From NCBI GenBank assembly GCA_035289925.1, contig DATDVR010000005.1, positions 112,916-176,915 on the forward strand: a stretch of 64,000 nucleotides of DNA, read 5' to 3'. This document shows, piece by piece, positions 10,004 to 18,910 of the stretch (its first letter is position 1; each line of letters opens with the position of its first letter). The notes under the pieces were generated by a model. The model was not told the DNA's origin, ran no database searches, and saw only the letters and a list, made by a program, of their open reading frames with translations. Source of the stretch: Candidatus Nanoarchaeia archaeon (GTDB lineage: Archaea; Nanobdellota; Nanobdellia; SCGC-AAA011-G17; DATDVL01). Position numbers and translations under genes: made by a program.

Positions 10004-10537
10004 TTAAGTTATTTTTAATTCTATCATATGAGTGCCATCTGTTGTAATTTCTGAGTATTTCACCAAAATATTGTATTCACCTAAATATGGATTTGAATGA
10101 TCTGAAATTATGCTGAACTTCAAATTACTGTAAGCAACTCCCAGGTTAATATTGTATTCGTCTCTGATATTTGTCTCGTCTTGCCAGATATCTAAAGTTC
10201 CTTCTTTTTTTACAATCCTGTTTGAAGATGAAGAAGGCTCAACTATCAATGCTGTAGTTTTCATGCTCCAGTTCACTGAATTTTCATTTATGTATAAATC
10301 TCCTCTTTGAATGTTGAATGGAGACAACTCTCTTTGAGAACCAAGACCTTCAGATATTACAGTCCTGATGCTTTCATCAAAGACGTACATCAACTCTTTA
10401 GTTTGAGCAAAAGTGTTTCTATCTTTTATTTTGTTTATTAATGGAATTCCTGCTGCCAATATTAAAGTCATTGCGACAATACCAATGGCTGTATAAAGAA
10501 CAGCAGATATCCAGATCTCACCTTTTTTCATTTTCAT
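10004..10537 (-). CDS. Pilin-like protein with class III signal peptide
   Basis: MKKG|EIWISAVLYTAIGIV. Confidence 0.8.
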   Translation of the reverse strand: MKMKKGEIWISAVLYTAIGIVAMTLILAAGIPLINKIKDRNTFAQTKELMYVFDESIRTVISEGLGSQRELSPFNIQRGDLYINENSVNWSMKTTALIVEPSSSSNRIVKKEGTLDIWQDETNIRDEYNINLGVAYSNLKFSIISDHSNPYLGEYNILVKYSEITTDGTHMIELKIT

Positions 10538-11010
10538 TCAATTGGAAATTCTTCTTCAAAAACTTCGCAGGCATATTTCTTTGATTTTATTGCCTGGCTG
10601 CAGATTATCTTTTCTCCAGAACCTGACAATATTGTGGCTATTGCATCTACTTCAGTGCCTGAAGACAAGCCCTGCTCAATCAAGTCAAAGTTTTTCACTC
10701 CAAATGCCTGGATTCCATCTGAAAAGCTTACTGGAATAATTTCTTCTCCAGAATGAACTCTCAAAGTCAAGTTTACAATGTCGATCTCGCCGTTATTTTC
10801 TACTGTTATCTTCTCATTTATGCAGTCAACTTTTGAAATCTCAAAATTTAATTTATTTGTACATAACAAGGCAGACTCTGTAGTCTTTCCGACATTTTCC
10901 TGAGCTTCCTGGACAAAACTTATGCCCCAGTTGAAGACTACAACTGCCAAAGCTACTGTAAAACCTATCAATAAAATTGATGCTATCAATGGAGATATAC
11001 CCTTTTTCAT
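10534..11010 (-). CDS. Archaeal type IV pilin
   Basis: MKKG|ISPLIASILLIGFTVALA, the canonical archaeal pilin N-terminus. Confidence 0.9.
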   Translation of the reverse strand: MKKGISPLIASILLIGFTVALAVVVFNWGISFVQEAQENVGKTTESALLCTNKLNFEISKVDCINEKITVENNGEIDIVNLTLRVHSGEEIIPVSFSDGIQAFGVKNFDLIEQGLSSGTEVDAIATILSGSGEKIICSQAIKSKKYACEVFEEEFPIE

Positions 11011-11466
11011 TTATTCCACCTCATACGAAACTTTTTTACTTGAACATGGCTCATAGATGCCAGGACCTATAAATACTTTTGGAATGACATCAACAACTTC
11101 TGGAGTGCCGACTTCAAACACATTAAATTCTACAGTAAAAGTCTTGACTTCTGAAGCTGATAAAGGTTCTAAAACTTCCAAACTATTCTGACCCTTGCTG
11201 CCACGAACTACAAACACAAAACCATCAACATCATTCTTTAAATTTTCAACATCAACATCCAATGAAGAACCTGATAAAGAAACGCCCTTGATTGTGACTG
11301 CGATATCTGTCAAACAGTCAAGCTTTGATGAAGAAATTGCACCCTGCTTCTGCTTCAATTCTGTGACATAAGTCCTGTTCCATAATGTTACTGTTGCAAC
11401 AACAGCTATAGTGAATCCAATTAGCAAAACAGTTGCTATCAATGGGGAGACACCTCTTTTCAACAT
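11011..11466 (-). CDS. Archaeal type IV pilin
   Basis: Start revised to MLKRG|VSPLIATVLLIGFTIA; Shine-Dalgarno-like GAAGGTGA upstream. Confidence 0.9.
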   Translation of the reverse strand: MLKRGVSPLIATVLLIGFTIAVVATVTLWNRTYVTELKQKQGAISSSKLDCLTDIAVTIKGVSLSGSSLDVDVENLKNDVDGFVFVVRGSKGQNSLEVLEPLSASEVKTFTVEFNVFEVGTPEVVDVIPKVFIGPGIYEPCSSKKVSYEVE

Positions 11467-11885
11467 ATCACCTTCACGCTCCTTGAACTGCATGTAGAGT
11501 TCCTTGAAATAGGAATGAACTCAATTTCATCACCCGGTATAGTGTCTAAAATGCTATTTAACACTTTCGTTTGCCCAGGTATTATTGACTCGTCCCAGAT
11601 ATTTCTGTTTCCATTTACAATCATCTCGTCATTTATCCTTATTATAAAATCGTCTATTGTAAAACTTCCCTTGTTTGAAATTTTTGGATTGGAGCAGTCA
11701 TTTGTCAAGTTAACATTAAAAGAGATATCATTGCAAAGCATGTCCTCATTTATAGGATCTACAATGTCCTTCACGTCTTTTTCTACAGTGCTTTTAATCC
11801 AGATGGAAACTATTGTTGCCAAGGCTATCGTCATGCCAACTAATAATATCCAGGATATTATTTCTGATGCTGCCCTCTTATTCAT
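11460..11885 (-). CDS. Archaeal type IV pilin-like protein
   Basis: MNKRA|ASEIISWILLVGMTIALA. Confidence 0.85.
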   Translation of the reverse strand: MNKRAASEIISWILLVGMTIALATIVSIWIKSTVEKDVKDIVDPINEDMLCNDISFNVNLTNDCSNPKISNKGSFTIDDFIIRINDEMIVNGNRNIWDESIIPGQTKVLNSILDTIPGDEIEFIPISRNSTCSSRSVKVIC

Positions 11886-12543
11886 TTTGCTCCTCTAAAT
11901 TAATAGGAAGTGCTTCTTTAAAGTTTCCTTTTGTATAGACTTTTCTCTGGTTGCCTTTTTCTTCCCTGCCTACAATAACTACATCTGGCTTGCCCTTGTT
12001 TATCTCAACTTCATATTGGACATCGCCTAGCCTTATATTTATGTTGTAATTGTTAGAGTCTGTTATTCCAATCTGCTTTGTGCATGCAACCAATGAACCT
12101 ACTTTTATCCCTGAAACAGACCATTCACCGCCTGCAACTCTAAATCCAGCTAAAATATTTCTTGAACAACCAACTAAATTTTCCTCTATATTTTGGTCTT
12201 CCTTGATAATTTTTACATCTTGGTCTAGATAATTGCCAACGTATAACTTGCTTTTGTAGTCAAACAAATATAATAATCCAAACTTGGGGTTTTTTGTCTT
12301 TGAGTATGAAGTGAAGAATGAAGTGAAATCCTCGAAATACTGCCTGATATCTGAATCTGTGAATGATTGAGACAACAAATAATTGACGAACTTAGCAGAT
12401 TCTACATCATAATTCTGAGACAATTCTTCAAAATCATCATCTAAGATTGTTCTTTTTACAACATTCGTGTCTGTGTAAAGCAAATAGATAACAAAGGCTA
12501 GAATAATGACTGTCAAAAGATATACCTGCCCTCTTTTTTGCAT
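11878..12543 (-). CDS. Pilin-like protein with class III signal peptide
   Basis: MQKRG|QVYLLTVIILAFVI. Confidence 0.75.
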   Translation of the reverse strand: MQKRGQVYLLTVIILAFVIYLLYTDTNVVKRTILDDDFEELSQNYDVESAKFVNYLLSQSFTDSDIRQYFEDFTSFFTSYSKTKNPKFGLLYLFDYKSKLYVGNYLDQDVKIIKEDQNIEENLVGCSRNILAGFRVAGGEWSVSGIKVGSLVACTKQIGITDSNNYNINIRLGDVQYEVEINKGKPDVVIVGREEKGNQRKVYTKGNFKEALPINLEEQNE

Positions 12544-12606
12544 AGAATAAAGCTATTTGTGAAATTTAAATAGGTTACTGTTAAGAAAAAAAGCGATGTT
12601 GAAGCA

Positions 12607-12831
12607 ATGCTGGATACAATAAATCTTGACATAAATAAATTGTATGGCAGGATTCCTAAAGAAGAAGAAAGCATCTATGTAGACGATGAACGTTTTTTAG
12701 TTGTCCCAATATTTTTAAAGATGGCGCAAAAGAATAAGGAAGAAGTTTTTGTTGTAGGTTCTTATGATTACCAGGATAAGTTTTTTAAAGTTGACTACAT
12801 CCAGATGCAGAAGATAGGGATTTACTTCTAA
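12607..12831 (+). CDS. Hypothetical protein
   Basis: 74-aa ORF. Confidence 0.5.
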   Translation: MLDTINLDINKLYGRIPKEEESIYVDDERFLVVPIFLKMAQKNKEEVFVVGSYDYQDKFFKVDYIQMQKIGIYF

Positions 12832-12871
12832 TTTACCATAATTTTATAAAGCTAGTTTCTTTATTATTATA

Positions 12872-13156
12872 ATGGCAGTAAGATACAAACAGCTTTGCTT
12901 TAAATGCAAGAAGAAATATGTAGAAGCTACCTGGAAAGACAGATATATTCTATGTTATGACTGCCAGAAAGCTGAGCTAAGCATTGAAATCAAGAATCCA
13001 AAGATGAAAAAGCTTTTTGACATCCCAGAATCATTTTATGAAAAAAATTCATTCTTAAGAAGCATCAAAGTTAACTACTTGAAGTTTGGAAATTTAACAG
13101 ACAAACAAATTGAATATTTCAAGAAGACAGTTGATAAATTAAAGAAAGAAAAATAA
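12872..13156 (+). CDS. Small zinc-binding hypothetical protein
   Basis: CFKC...CYDC pairs; TATA box about 25 nt upstream. Confidence 0.75.
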   Translation: MAVRYKQLCFKCKKKYVEATWKDRYILCYDCQKAELSIEIKNPKMKKLFDIPESFYEKNSFLRSIKVNYLKFGNLTDKQIEYFKKTVDKLKKEK

Positions 13157-13229
13157 GCCCAGGATGTGATTTGCACACACGATCTCCTGATTACCAATCA
13201 GGTGCTTTAACTAACTAAGCCACCTGGGC
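13156..13229 (-). tRNA. tRNA-Thr(GGT)
   Basis: Cloverleaf: acceptor GCCCAGG/CCTGGGC, anticodon arm CCTGA-TT-GGT-AA-TCAGG, T-loop TGCAAAT. Confidence 0.93.
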
Positions 13230-13284
13230 AATAGAGATGCCAACAAAAAGAGGTTTTATATAGTTTTCTTTTGTATTAAAAATA

Positions 13285-14001
13285 ATGAAACTCGAAGACT
13301 GTATTAGCCCTATGGATTTTCGCTATAGAAGATTTGATAGGGAACTAGATGAGGTGGCAAGAAAATACAGAAGTTTAGACGAGCTTTCAAAGATTAAAAA
13401 AATTATGCCAGAATTATTATTGCCAAGACTAGCATCTTTAGAAGATAATTTGTTAAATATTGCAGTAGAAAATAAAGGGAAAAAAGTGCCAAAAAGAATT
13501 GATGGAAGACATGCTGGAAAAACAACAGTGGACAATATTTTTGGAATTTATGCAGAGAGATTAAATTATAGGATTCATAAGTTGAAAATAATTCCTTTAG
13601 ATTTAAAAGAATTAGAAGAGAGCAAAAGAAATGACAGGCTTGCTGATATTGTTTATGCAGGATTATCCACTCTTGGTGTTGAAGCAAATATTGCAGATGA
13701 TATTAGGCAGCTGCACAGAAGCGAGATAGAAGAAGTAGGCTGGAAAGATTATGGCAAAGAAAGAATTGGATCTTCTACAATGCCACATAAACAAAATCCA
13801 GTTGAATATGAAAACATTGTTGGTTTTTACAAAGCAACTATACCAATGATGACAACTGCGCTTTTTGCATTAATAACAGAGCATCAAGGAGATTCTAGAA
13901 ACGATGATTTAGCTGGCCATGTATTTGAAATGCTAAGCAGAATATGTTACACTACGTTTAGTCTAGATAAAGCATTAAAAAATTTAGAAGTCAAAGTTTA
14001 A
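13285..14001 (+). CDS. Shortened adenylosuccinate lyase-like (fumarase superfamily) protein
   Basis: ISPMDFRY N-terminus and GSSTMPHKQNP signature, but only 238 aa. Confidence 0.75.
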   Translation: MKLEDCISPMDFRYRRFDRELDEVARKYRSLDELSKIKKIMPELLLPRLASLEDNLLNIAVENKGKKVPKRIDGRHAGKTTVDNIFGIYAERLNYRIHKLKIIPLDLKELEESKRNDRLADIVYAGLSTLGVEANIADDIRQLHRSEIEEVGWKDYGKERIGSSTMPHKQNPVEYENIVGFYKATIPMMTTALFALITEHQGDSRNDDLAGHVFEMLSRICYTTFSLDKALKNLEVKV

Positions 14002-14003
14002 TT

Positions 14004-14555
14004 TTACTTTTTACTCTTCTTAATTCCAATGTAAACTAATAATACCAATTCTATGAACAATACAACTACCCTCATAACCTTTGATAAATCTCCAAAGACT
14101 CTTGCTGTGCCATAAATCAAAGTTAATATACCTCCAAACATAAAACCAGAAGCAATTGCATCTAATTTAATATACATTAAGCCAGCTAAGATTGCTATGA
14201 TTCCAATAACTGCTGTAATAAAGAAAATATTTCTTGAATAAATCTTGTTTTCAGCATCATATTTGACCTGGCAGGTTTCACAGTAAGGATTAATCTGGCA
14301 ACCGTTCTCATCCACATCATATGCAACATATCCAATGTCTTGAGTACAGCTAGTGTAAATAGGATCTTTATAATTTAATTTTTGACATAAGCTTTCATTG
14401 TAAACTTGATATGGCTTTTCAGGATAAGGATAATTTCTTGACTTGCAGAAATCGTTGTAATCTGGACCAGAATAGAAAGCGTCAATTGCAAATCCAATGA
14501 ACAATGCAAACAAAACTGCAATGCCTATTGTCAATGAAACTTTCTTAATTTCCAT
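14004..14555 (-). CDS. Membrane protein with Cys-rich extracellular loop
   Basis: One N-terminal and three C-terminal hydrophobic helices. Confidence 0.8.
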   Translation of the reverse strand: MEIKKVSLTIGIAVLFALFIGFAIDAFYSGPDYNDFCKSRNYPYPEKPYQVYNESLCQKLNYKDPIYTSCTQDIGYVAYDVDENGCQINPYCETCQVKYDAENKIYSRNIFFITAVIGIIAILAGLMYIKLDAIASGFMFGGILTLIYGTARVFGDLSKVMRVVVLFIELVLLVYIGIKKSKK

Positions 14556-14597
14556 ATCTGTAAAATGTTCTAATCATTAATAAAGGTTTCTAGTATA

Positions 14598-14825
14598 TTA
14601 TTGAGGTAGCGCTACCCCAAATTTGGATGGGATTTCTAAACTTTTCAAGTTAGCCTTCTTTGAAAAGCTATGTATCGCAAGCCCTAGAACATCTCCAGTC
14701 TTTTTATCAACCCTCTCAAAGATGCCTTTACCGAGATTCCTAAATACCCCTTTTTTAGTATCGCCTATAGATATCTCTAGAAAATCTGCTTCCTTGTCAT
14801 AATATATCTTTAGTTTTCCTTTCAT
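14598..14825 (-). CDS. DUF2283-type putative antitoxin
   Basis: IYYDKEADFLEI...VLGLAI pattern; ATGA overlap with the upstream gene. Confidence 0.75.
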   Translation of the reverse strand: MKGKLKIYYDKEADFLEISIGDTKKGVFRNLGKGIFERVDKKTGDVLGLAIHSFSKKANLKSLEIPSKFGVALPQ

Positions 14826-15106
14826 CTTATTTTGTCTGTATAAAAACTTGTTATTATAAAACCTTTGCCGTTTAAATATTTTACTGAAATAAACAGATAT
14901 TGTTTCATATCTTTGTAGTATCTAAAATAAAGCCCAACATTTTTATCTTCATCGTATCCGATTATTTTATGAGGTCTTTCTAAAGTTTCTTTGATAAATT
15001 CTAATTTCCCTTGCATTATTGGATGTTTCATTATATGCTTGAATCTTTCACTTGTCAAATAAATTTTTCTTCTTGTAATATCTATTGTTTCAAATATGAT
15101 ATTCAT
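14822..15106 (-). CDS. Putative RelE/BECR-fold ribonuclease toxin
   Basis: Start revised to MNIIF; LTSERFKHI..HP...GFIITSF pattern; paired with DUF2283. Confidence 0.6.
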   Translation of the reverse strand: MNIIFETIDITRRKIYLTSERFKHIMKHPIMQGKLEFIKETLERPHKIIGYDEDKNVGLYFRYYKDMKQYLFISVKYLNGKGFIITSFYTDKIR

Positions 15107-15259
15107 GAGATAATAAGATTTCAAAGTTTAATATGATTTACTCAAGAAAATTTGAAAAGCTTGCATTGCCATTAAAATTATTTTAATTAAATTGCAAGAT
15201 TTATTAATAAATCAAATTTTTGCGGAATTTCTATAATAAAGTTGAATTAAGAAAAAAAG

Positions 15260-15367
15260 TGTCGGGGACAGGATTTGAACCTGCGTAGGCACTAAGCCAC
15301 AGGATCTTAAGTCCTGCGCATTTAGTCCTTCTTTATATGAAGTTTGACCGAGCTCTGCCACCCCGAC
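15260..15367 (-). tRNA. tRNA-Leu(TAA) with a 22-nt D-loop intron (15322-15343)
   Basis: Acceptor GTCGGGG/CCCCGAC, anticodon arm CAGGA-CT-TAA-GA-TCCTG, long variable arm, GGTTCAAAT; bulge-helix-bulge GGTC-AAA-CTTC..GAAG-GACT-AAA in the D-loop. Confidence 0.92.
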
Positions 15368-15409
15368 ATTGAACTAAAGCAAGAAAAACTTTATTTATAA
15401 AACTAGTGG

Positions 15410-15721
15410 TTACCTGCTTCTTTTTGATTGATATTCTCTCTTTAAAACCAACAAGCCCCAGATGTACAATCCAGAAATTATAATCAAAAGAATGCCTTCA
15501 ATCTTCTTGAAGACCATGTCTGTAAAAAAACCATAGTCTATGCCTATTTCAATCATTCTTCTAGTAAAAACCAAAGCAAAGGCCCATGTAAATGCCAGCC
15601 ACGATACAGCCCTTGGAGTTTTTCTTACAAAAAGATAAATCTGAAAAGATAGGAAAGCTGCAATAAATGAAAGTATGCTATGAACTAAAACAGTAACCAA
15701 TGAGCCTAATTCTTCAGCCAT
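15410..15721 (-). CDS. Small three-helix membrane protein
   Basis: Hydrophobic 103-aa ORF. Confidence 0.7.
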   Translation of the reverse strand: MAEELGSLVTVLVHSILSFIAAFLSFQIYLFVRKTPRAVSWLAFTWAFALVFTRRMIEIGIDYGFFTDMVFKKIEGILLIIISGLYIWGLLVLKREYQSKRSR

Positions 15722-15771
15722 AGAGTTTTAAGCTTATTTTTAGCTTATATATTTTGTTATTCATCAAAGAG

Positions 15772-16020
15772 TTATTTCAACTTCTTAGCCAGTTCTTTTA
15801 CTTTTGACTTTGGAAGTTTGAGGAAGTGATCCATGCAGTAGCCAAATGATTCTGAGTGGTTTTCACATTGGTAGCCCATTTCTGTAACGAACTTGCATCT
15901 TCCAGGGATGAACCTGCAATTTTCGCAATAGCCAAATCTAGAAATTTTAGTGCCATCTGGCAAGTAGAATTTCTTGCATTTTTTGCATAGCAATCTAAAC
16001 TTGGGTTTTGCCTTAATCAT
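15772..16020 (-). CDS. Small Cys-rich zinc-finger protein
   Basis: Start revised to MIKAK; CKKC, CENC and C..C..C..H motifs. Confidence 0.65.
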   Translation of the reverse strand: MIKAKPKFRLLCKKCKKFYLPDGTKISRFGYCENCRFIPGRCKFVTEMGYQCENHSESFGYCMDHFLKLPKSKVKELAKKLK

Positions 16021-16107
16021 AGTACATAGTCTGGAATACCCTTTATATACTGTTCGAAAACCCTTAAATTCAGAAGTTTTATAAAGCAAATTTTAAGGTT
16101 TAAACTT

Positions 16108-16605
16108 ATGATAATAAGTGTATTTGGCGGAAGCTTTGGAGCTAGTGAAGAAGATATTCAATTAGCTTATGAATTAGGTAAGAGAATTGGATTGAAAGGG
16201 CATACTCTGAAAAACGGAGGATACAATGGAACTATGGAAGCTTCTGCAAAAGGATGCAGGGAACAAGGCGGAAAAGTAATTGGAATTTGCGTTGAAGATG
16301 ATCCATGGGCAACTCCAAACAGATATTCTACTCATGTTATACATATGCCCTTTGAAGAAAGAGTTAGGGAATTAATGAAATATGATAGAGCAATTATCTT
16401 GCCAGGGCAAGTAGGAACTTTAGAAGAATTATTTATGGCATGGACAAATGCAATAGTTGATAAAAAAGACCCTATTTATTTTGTTGGAGATAAAAGCATC
16501 AAGCTTGTAGATTTTTTAATTAAAGAAGGCTGGGTAAGAAAAGACCAAGAACCAACTTTGAAAACTGTCAAAAATTTAGATGAAATTGATTTTTTAAAAC
16601 TATAA
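16108..16605 (+). CDS. LOG family (Rossmann-fold nucleotide-binding) protein
   Basis: NGGYNGTMEASAKG and PGQVGTLEEL motifs. Confidence 0.88.
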   Translation: MIISVFGGSFGASEEDIQLAYELGKRIGLKGHTLKNGGYNGTMEASAKGCREQGGKVIGICVEDDPWATPNRYSTHVIHMPFEERVRELMKYDRAIILPGQVGTLEELFMAWTNAIVDKKDPIYFVGDKSIKLVDFLIKEGWVRKDQEPTLKTVKNLDEIDFLKL

Positions 16606-16725
16606 ATTCAAAAGACTTATAAATTGAGAAAAAACAACAATAAAATGCAAGATTCAATAAGAAGTCACAGTTAATGTAAAGTTTTTTTCTAGTTATATTT
16701 ATCAAAATTCAATCGGAGGTTTAAA

Positions 16726-17736
16726 ATGAAAAATAGTCCTAAAGATATCGGAAAGAAAAACGTACTAAGAGATTCGGAGAATCTGGATCCTAAAGGTTTG
16801 AAAGAAGTTCATGGATACGACTTCAATAATGGGGTAAATTATGATAAAATGTTTGAAGCTTACGCATCAACAGGATTTCAAGCAACCCACTTAAATGAAG
16901 CCATTCAATTGATTAAAAAAATGAGAGAGGAAAAATGCACTATCTTTTTAGGATACACTTCAAGCATGATTTCATCTGGCTTAAGAGATGTTTTCAGATA
17001 TTTAGTTGAACATAAATTTGTTGATGTTGTTGTAACAACTGCAGGTGGAATTGAAGAAGACATAATTAAATGCATAAAACCATTTTTACTTGGAAAGTTT
17101 TCAATGTCTGGTGAATATCTAAGAGAGAAAGGTATCAACAGGGCTGGAAATGTCTTGATTCCTAATTCCAGATACTGCGCTTTTGAAGATTTTTTTGTTC
17201 CAATTTTAAAAGAGATTGTTGAAGAACAGAAGAAGACTGGAAAAGTTTATGCAACAAATGACTTAATATGGAAACTGGGAGATAAAATAAACAATAAAGA
17301 GTCAATCTATTACTGGGCAAACAAAAACAAGATACCTGTTTTCTGTCCTGCAATAACTGATGGTTCTATTGGGGACATGATGTACTTCTTTTCCTATGAC
17401 AATCCAGAATTAAAAATTGATTCTGTTGCCGACATAAGAAAATTAAACGACATTGCAATAACTGCCAAGAAAACTGGACTGATTATATTAGGTTCTGGTG
17501 TAGTTAAGCACCACATCTTGAATGCAAACATGATGAGGAATGGAGCAGATTATACAGTTTATGTGAATACTGCTGAAGAATATGACGGAAGCGATGCTGG
17601 GGCTAGACCAGATGAAGCTGTTTCATGGGGGAAGATACTTCCAGATGCTAGAGCTGTAAAAGTACATGCAGATGCAACTTTAGTATTTCCTATAATAGTT
17701 GCTGAAACTTTTGCTAAGGAAAAAAGCCTAGGGTAG
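16726..17736 (+). CDS. dys: Deoxyhypusine synthase
   Basis: [46 protein letters not shown]. Confidence 0.97.
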   Translation: MKNSPKDIGKKNVLRDSENLDPKGLKEVHGYDFNNGVNYDKMFEAYASTGFQATHLNEAIQLIKKMREEKCTIFLGYTSSMISSGLRDVFRYLVEHKFVDVVVTTAGGIEEDIIKCIKPFLLGKFSMSGEYLREKGINRAGNVLIPNSRYCAFEDFFVPILKEIVEEQKKTGKVYATNDLIWKLGDKINNKESIYYWANKNKIPVFCPAITDGSIGDMMYFFSYDNPELKIDSVADIRKLNDIAITAKKTGLIILGSGVVKHHILNANMMRNGADYTVYVNTAEEYDGSDAGARPDEAVSWGKILPDARAVKVHADATLVFPIIVAETFAKEKSLG

Positions 17737-17810
17737 GAATTGCACCTACGACCTCAGGTTAATTCGCAAATGATACGAAACCCGTGCTCCACTAATTAAG
17801 CTACCTAGGC
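17725..17810 (-). tRNA. tRNA-Thr(CGT) with a 13-nt intron at 37/38 (17761-17773)
   Basis: Acceptor GCCTAGG/CCTAGGC, CGGGT-TT-CGT-A^intron^A-ACCTG; TTCG pairs with intron CGAA; T-loop TGCAATT. Confidence 0.88.
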
Positions 17811-17813
17811 AAA

Positions 17814-17954
17814 CTACTTCGTCTTTTGCTGAAGCTCTTCTAGCTTATATTTTTTCTGACAAGAATTACAGACTGGCTTTTTATTTATATAAGTGCCTTT
17901 AAATTTGTCTAAAAACAACTCTTCAATTTTTTCTGAACAAATGTGGCATTTCAT
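17814..17954 (-). CDS. Small zinc-finger protein (46 aa)
   Basis: Manual translation MKCHICSEKIEELFLDKFKGTYINKKPVCNSCQKKYKLEELQQKTK; stop is 3 nt before tRNA-Thr; not in the track. Confidence 0.75.
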   Translation of the reverse strand: MKCHICSEKIEELFLDKFKGTYINKKPVCNSCQKKYKLEELQQKTK

Positions 17955-17980
17955 TAAATAAGACAAAAAAAAGACATTTA

Positions 17981-18910
17981 TTAATGTTTAGGTATTGAGG
18001 TCTTAAAAGCGTAATAAGGTTGGGATTCATAGTAGGGATTGCCCAAGGCATTAATTTCTATATCTTTTAAAGATTTCTTAAAAAACTTTATTTTTATTCC
18101 TTTATTTGTATTTTTTGCTCTTAATTTTGGCAAATTTTTTCTTATTAGACTTGGATTAAAGAATACACTGTTTGCAGTAGGTTTTGGGATAAAAAGATTG
18201 GGATAAGCAATAATCAACAGCAAATTTTTACTATTAAAATCAAAAAAATTAGTAAAATTATCTAATCCTGAAGCCCTCAACAAGCCATCTTTAGATTCCT
18301 TCATTAAATCTTCTAAGCAGGCATGCTCTTCTTTGGAGTGTCTTAAATGAAACAATCCGCGAGCAATCAAAGGCAGATTATATTTTGACAGATAAGAACT
18401 AACAAATTCTTCGAGCTTAATTTTTTGAAGTCCAGAATTAAGTTCGTCCAACTTATCATCAAAATATGGAGTATCAGCTCCAAAATAAAAATCTAACTTC
18501 TTTCTACTTTCCTTGAAATCAAACTCGTAGAAGCCACCATCGCTTTTCTCTCTTGATGGATTATATTTTATTTTTATTCCAATTCTCTTTAGATAAACAA
18601 CATATCTTTCAATTCTCTTCCTTATAGCTTCATATTTTGATTGGCTACCAACTTCATAAGCCTCTAAAGGAGAAATAGCATCTTCTGAACTAAAGTGGTC
18701 ATCAAGAGCCTTAAAATAATCAGTGCCTTTAAGCCTAGAATCATATAATATTTGGATAAAATCCCTTAAGTCCCAAAATTTAGGGTTAATGTCTCTATTG
18801 TCATAAACATATTTTTCTTCTACATTATCAAAGACTAATATCAAGTTACCCCGCACATTATTTAACTGCACAAACATATATAAACCTTTCCTGCAAAAAT
18901 TTATACTCAT
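17981..18910 (-). CDS. Hypothetical protein
   Basis: 309-aa ORF (true start possibly MFVQ near 18877); no family recognised. Confidence 0.65.
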   Translation of the reverse strand: MSINFCRKGLYMFVQLNNVRGNLILVFDNVEEKYVYDNRDINPKFWDLRDFIQILYDSRLKGTDYFKALDDHFSSEDAISPLEAYEVGSQSKYEAIRKRIERYVVYLKRIGIKIKYNPSREKSDGGFYEFDFKESRKKLDFYFGADTPYFDDKLDELNSGLQKIKLEEFVSSYLSKYNLPLIARGLFHLRHSKEEHACLEDLMKESKDGLLRASGLDNFTNFFDFNSKNLLLIIAYPNLFIPKPTANSVFFNPSLIRKNLPKLRAKNTNKGIKIKFFKKSLKDIEINALGNPYYESQPYYAFKTSIPKH

